From positions 5,208 to 69,207 of the forward strand of contig CAVKAP010000039.1 of NCBI GenBank assembly GCA_963654445.1: a stretch of DNA of 64,000 bases, read 5' to 3'. The notes beneath the pieces are model-generated. The model was not told where the DNA came from, did no database searches, and was given only the letters and a program-made list of their open reading frames with translations. This DNA comes from Segatella copri. Lineage in GTDB: Bacteria > Bacillota_I > Bacilli_A > Erysipelotrichales > Erysipelotrichaceae. Positions 61,107 through 64,000 of the stretch are shown here, piece after piece. Positions within the stretch are counted from its first letter, which is position 1; every line of letters starts with the position of its first letter. A program made the translations under genes and the position numbers.

Positions 61107-62121
61107 TCGATACCTCGATAAATTTTTGAAGTGTATCTAAACCTTTTTGGGATTCAATAATTTCATTGGCTAAGTCAATACCTGCTTGCATGGTTGATGC
61201 TTTTCCATAAATATAGAAAGCTAAACCTGCATTCATTAAAATAATATCTCGTTTTGCCCCTGTAATTTTTCCTGCTAAAATATCTTTCGTTAATTGGGCA
61301 TTCTCTTCTGGACTTCCTCCGACAATTTCTTCTTTTGTTGCGGTCTTTAAGCCAAATTGTTCAGGTGTAATGACACTCGTTGTATATTTTCCATTACGAA
61401 TTTCACAAATTGTTGTTGGAGCAGAAATGCTAATTTCATCTAGCTTATCTTGTCCATAAACGACACAGCCTCTTTCAACACCTAGCTTTGTTAAAACTTC
61501 GGCAATTGGTTCAACCAAATGTTGATCATAAACGCCTAATAAGAAATAATTTGGTTTTGCTGGATTGGTAAGTGGTCCTAAAATATTGAATACAGTTCTA
61601 AATCCTAATTCTTTTCGAATGGCTCCAACATATTTCATGGATGTATGATATTTTTGCGCAAAGAAGAAACAGATCCCGGCTTTTTCCAAACATTCCTTTG
61701 CTTTTTCTGGATCCTGTTGAATATTAACACCTAAGGCTTCTAAACAATCGGCTGTTCCACTTAAGCTAGATGCAGCACGATTTCCATGCTTGGCAACCTT
61801 AACGCCACCCGCTGCTAAAACTAAAGCACTGGTTGTTGAAATATTAAAGCTGTGCGCTCCATCGCCTCCAGTACCTACAATTTCTAAAATATCCATATCC
61901 CCTCGATCAAATGGAATGGCTTTTTCACGCATTGCGGTTGCACAACCACTGATTTCATCAATGGTTTCCATATGGGCACTTTTTGTCGATAAAGCGGCTA
62001 AAAATGCGGCATTTTGAACCTGTGATGTTTCACCTGACATAATTTCATTCATCACAGTATAGGATTCATCATAGCTTAGATCCTCTTTGTTTACGATTTT
62101 TTCAATTGCTTCTTTAATCAT
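61099..62121 (-). CDS. trpD: Anthranilate phosphoribosyltransferase
   Basis: VGTGGDG..SFNIST, KHGNR and [10 protein letters not shown]. Confidence 0.97.
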   Translation of the reverse strand: MIKEAIEKIVNKEDLSYDESYTVMNEIMSGETSQVQNAAFLAALSTKSAHMETIDEISGCATAMREKAIPFDRGDMDILEIVGTGGDGAHSFNISTTSALVLAAGGVKVAKHGNRAASSLSGTADCLEALGVNIQQDPEKAKECLEKAGICFFFAQKYHTSMKYVGAIRKELGFRTVFNILGPLTNPAKPNYFLLGVYDQHLVEPIAEVLTKLGVERGCVVYGQDKLDEISISAPTTICEIRNGKYTTSVITPEQFGLKTATKEEIVGGSPEENAQLTKDILAGKITGAKRDIILMNAGLAFYIYGKASTMQAGIDLANEIIESQKGLDTLQKFIEVSNA

Positions 62122-62701
62122 TTTCTTTATCTCCTTCTATGATTTTTTTGAAATTTTGAATTAGTTTTTTTCCTTCTGGACACATTACACTTTCTGGGTG
62201 GAATTGGAAGCCATAGACTGGATAATCCTTATGCTTAACCGCCATAATTTCTCCATCTGAACTATGTGCCAGCTTGATCAAAGTCTTTGGTAAGGTTGAT
62301 TCTAGACAAGATAGACTGTGATAGCGAGCTGCATAGAAATCGGTTAGGCCATCAAAGATTGGATCCTGATGGTCAATAAGAATCAAATCTTGTTTTCCAT
62401 GAACCAACTGTTTGGCATAAGTAACAGTTGCTCCAAACACTTCACAAATGCTTTGGTGTCCTAAACAGATTCCTAAGATGGGGATTTCTTTATAAAATCT
62501 TTCAATAATATCCATACAAATTCCTGCTTCTTTCGGTGTTTTTGGTCCTGGTGATAAGATGATGGCTTGCGGATGCATCTTTTCGATTTCTTCAATCGTA
62601 CATTCATCATTTCGTACAACCTGAATGTCACTTTCAACAGAACCAATCAATTGATAGACATTATAAGAGAAACTATCATAATTATCGATGAGTAAGATCA
62701 T
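62114..62701 (-). CDS. trpG: Anthranilate synthase component II (GATase)
   Basis: IDNYDSF, LSPGP, GICLGHQ and QFHPES. Confidence 0.95.
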   Translation of the reverse strand: MILLIDNYDSFSYNVYQLIGSVESDIQVVRNDECTIEEIEKMHPQAIILSPGPKTPKEAGICMDIIERFYKEIPILGICLGHQSICEVFGATVTYAKQLVHGKQDLILIDHQDPIFDGLTDFYAARYHSLSCLESTLPKTLIKLAHSSDGEIMAVKHKDYPVYGFQFHPESVMCPEGKKLIQNFKKIIEGDKEND

Positions 62702-64000
62702 TCTAATCCCTCCTGTGCAATTTCAATCGCTTTCACAACGGCTCTAGCCTTATGCTGACATTCCATAAATTCTTTTTTCCCTTGACTATCCGCCACAATA
62801 CCCGCACCTGAACGAATACAAATCTGATCATTTTTCTTATAGACCAATCGAATAGCGATGCATGTATCTAGATTACCGCTAAAGTCAAGATATCCAATAG
62901 CTCCACCATAAATACCTCGTTGACTTTTTTCCAATTCTTCAATAATCTCACACGCTCTAAACTTGGGCGCTCCAGATAAGGTTCCTGCCGGTAATATGGA
63001 ATCCACCGCATCCATCGCATCCAAATCATCGCGAATCGTACCAGTTACCGTTGAACCAATGTGCATTACTTGAGAAAAGCGTTCAATTTCCATATATTTA
63101 TCAACCGATACCGTTCCAATTTTAGAAATCTTTCCAATGTCGTTTCGCCCTAAATCCACTAACATATTATGTTCAGCACGTTCTTTTTCATCAGCTAATA
63201 ATTCTTTTTCAAATCGTTGATCTTCCTCTTTTGTCTTACCACGAGGACTAGTACCTGCTAGTGGGAAGGTGAATAGCTTTGAATGATCCAATTTCGCTAA
63301 TGTTTCAGGACTTGCTCCAGTCATTTCAATATCATCACTAGAGAAATAAAACATATAAGGACTTGGATTGGAAGCTCTTAAAACTCGAAAGGTATCAAAA
63401 AGTGATCCACTTGCCTTTGCTCGAAGTGGATTTGATAAAACCACTTGGAAGATATCTCCTTCATGTATATAATGTTTTGCCTTTTCAACCATTTGAATAA
63501 AATCTTCTTCTTTTACTTCAGGTTCAATTTTACTTTTTAAGAGAAGGGGCTCAAAATGTTTTTTCTTGCCCTTTTTTAATAAATTTTTAATGGTCAATAG
63601 TTTATGTTTAGCATCTTCATAGGATTTTTCAATATTATTCGTAAAACAACCAGTAATCAATATAATCTTTTGTTTATAATGATCAAAGCAGATGACTGTA
63701 TCAAACAACATTAAATCCATATCATTAAATTCAACATCATGCTTTAAAGAAAGCTTTGGTTCACTATATTTTATATAATCATAAGAGAAATAGCCTACCA
63801 AACCACCTGTAAAAGGAGGTAGCCCTTCAATTTGAGGACTCTTATAAGAATCAAGAATCGAACGAATTTCTTGGTTTGGATGGTCAACAGTTAAGCTCTT
63901 CGTTTCATCTTTAATTAAATCCTTAATGTTTAATTCATGATTTAAACAAGTGATTTCCATAGAAGGTTGAAAGCCTAAAAAGGAATAACGTCCCCATTGC
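62698..64000 (-). CDS. trpE: Anthranilate synthase component I, 5' end outside the window
   Basis: NPSPY, GASPE, AEHNMLVDLGRND and PAGTLSGAPK; frame stays open (QWGRYSFLG) to the window edge. Confidence 0.96.
   Translation of the reverse strand, partial: QWGRYSFLGFQPSMEITCLNHELNIKDLIKDETKSLTVDHPNQEIRSILDSYKSPQIEGLPPFTGGLVGYFSYDYIKYSEPKLSLKHDVEFNDMDLMLFDTVICFDHYKQKIILITGCFTNNIEKSYEDAKHKLLTIKNLLKKGKKKHFEPLLLKSKIEPEVKEEDFIQMVEKAKHYIHEGDIFQVVLSNPLRAKASGSLFDTFRVLRASNPSPYMFYFSSDDIEMTGASPETLAKLDHSKLFTFPLAGTSPRGKTKEEDQRFEKELLADEKERAEHNMLVDLGRNDIGKISKIGTVSVDKYMEIERFSQVMHIGSTVTGTIRDDLDAMDAVDSILPAGTLSGAPKFRACEIIEELEKSQRGIYGGAIGYLDFSGNLDTCIAIRLVYKKNDQICIRSGAGIVADSQGKKEFMECQHKARAVVKAIEIAQEGLE

Noticed and set aside
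197..62017. Numerous short ORFs antisense to or nested in long genes (e.g. 15400-15855, 29407-29754, 56051-56320)
   Set aside because: Shadow ORFs of well-supported genes with no RBS or motifs
1..64000. CRISPR array, rRNA/tRNA, IS elements, integrase
   Set aside because: No regularly spaced repeats, structural RNA signatures or transposase/recombinase ORFs were seen by eye
57791..64000. trp operon as a novelty
   Set aside because: Canonical trpEGDCFBA order; the leader region is outside the window

Overview
AT-rich Firmicute chromosome segment. Gene content and style suggest a gut Erysipelotrichaceae-like organism (inference). Nearly all genes lie on the minus strand. Left to right: (1) a fatty-acid/polyketide precursor operon cut by the left edge (carboxyltransferase, OadA/5S-like subunit, biotin carrier, Sfp-type PPTase, thioesterase, FabD, FabG); (2) a fructose-family PTS with a DeoC-like aldolase and DeoR; (3) an operon encoding a thioesterase, GT1 glycosyltransferase, flavodoxin-like protein, SbnA, SbnB and an ABC exporter, followed by two paralogous large GNAT proteins; (4) a small defence island with Wadjet jetABCD, a coiled-coil gene and an Abi_2/HEPN gene whose 3' end is overlapped by a promoter- and terminator-delimited antisense small RNA candidate; (5) fumC and malic enzyme; (6) a circularly permuted ATP-grasp / alpha-E / transglutaminase / 2x M14 peptidase operon behind an attenuator-like leader; (7) secA and frameshifted prfB; (8) an uncharacterised glycyl-radical enzyme locus (MFS, GRE, TIM barrel, activase, ProC-like, LysR) with Rex-like boxes; (9) mutY, three hydrolases and trpEGDCFBA. 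The most notable signals are a probable undescribed diaminopropionate/acyl/glycosyl biosynthetic system whose two halves share the same promoter architecture and a TTATC-N7-GATAA box, the Abi-associated sRNA, and the divergent GRE pathway. No rRNA, tRNA, CRISPR array or transposase was seen.
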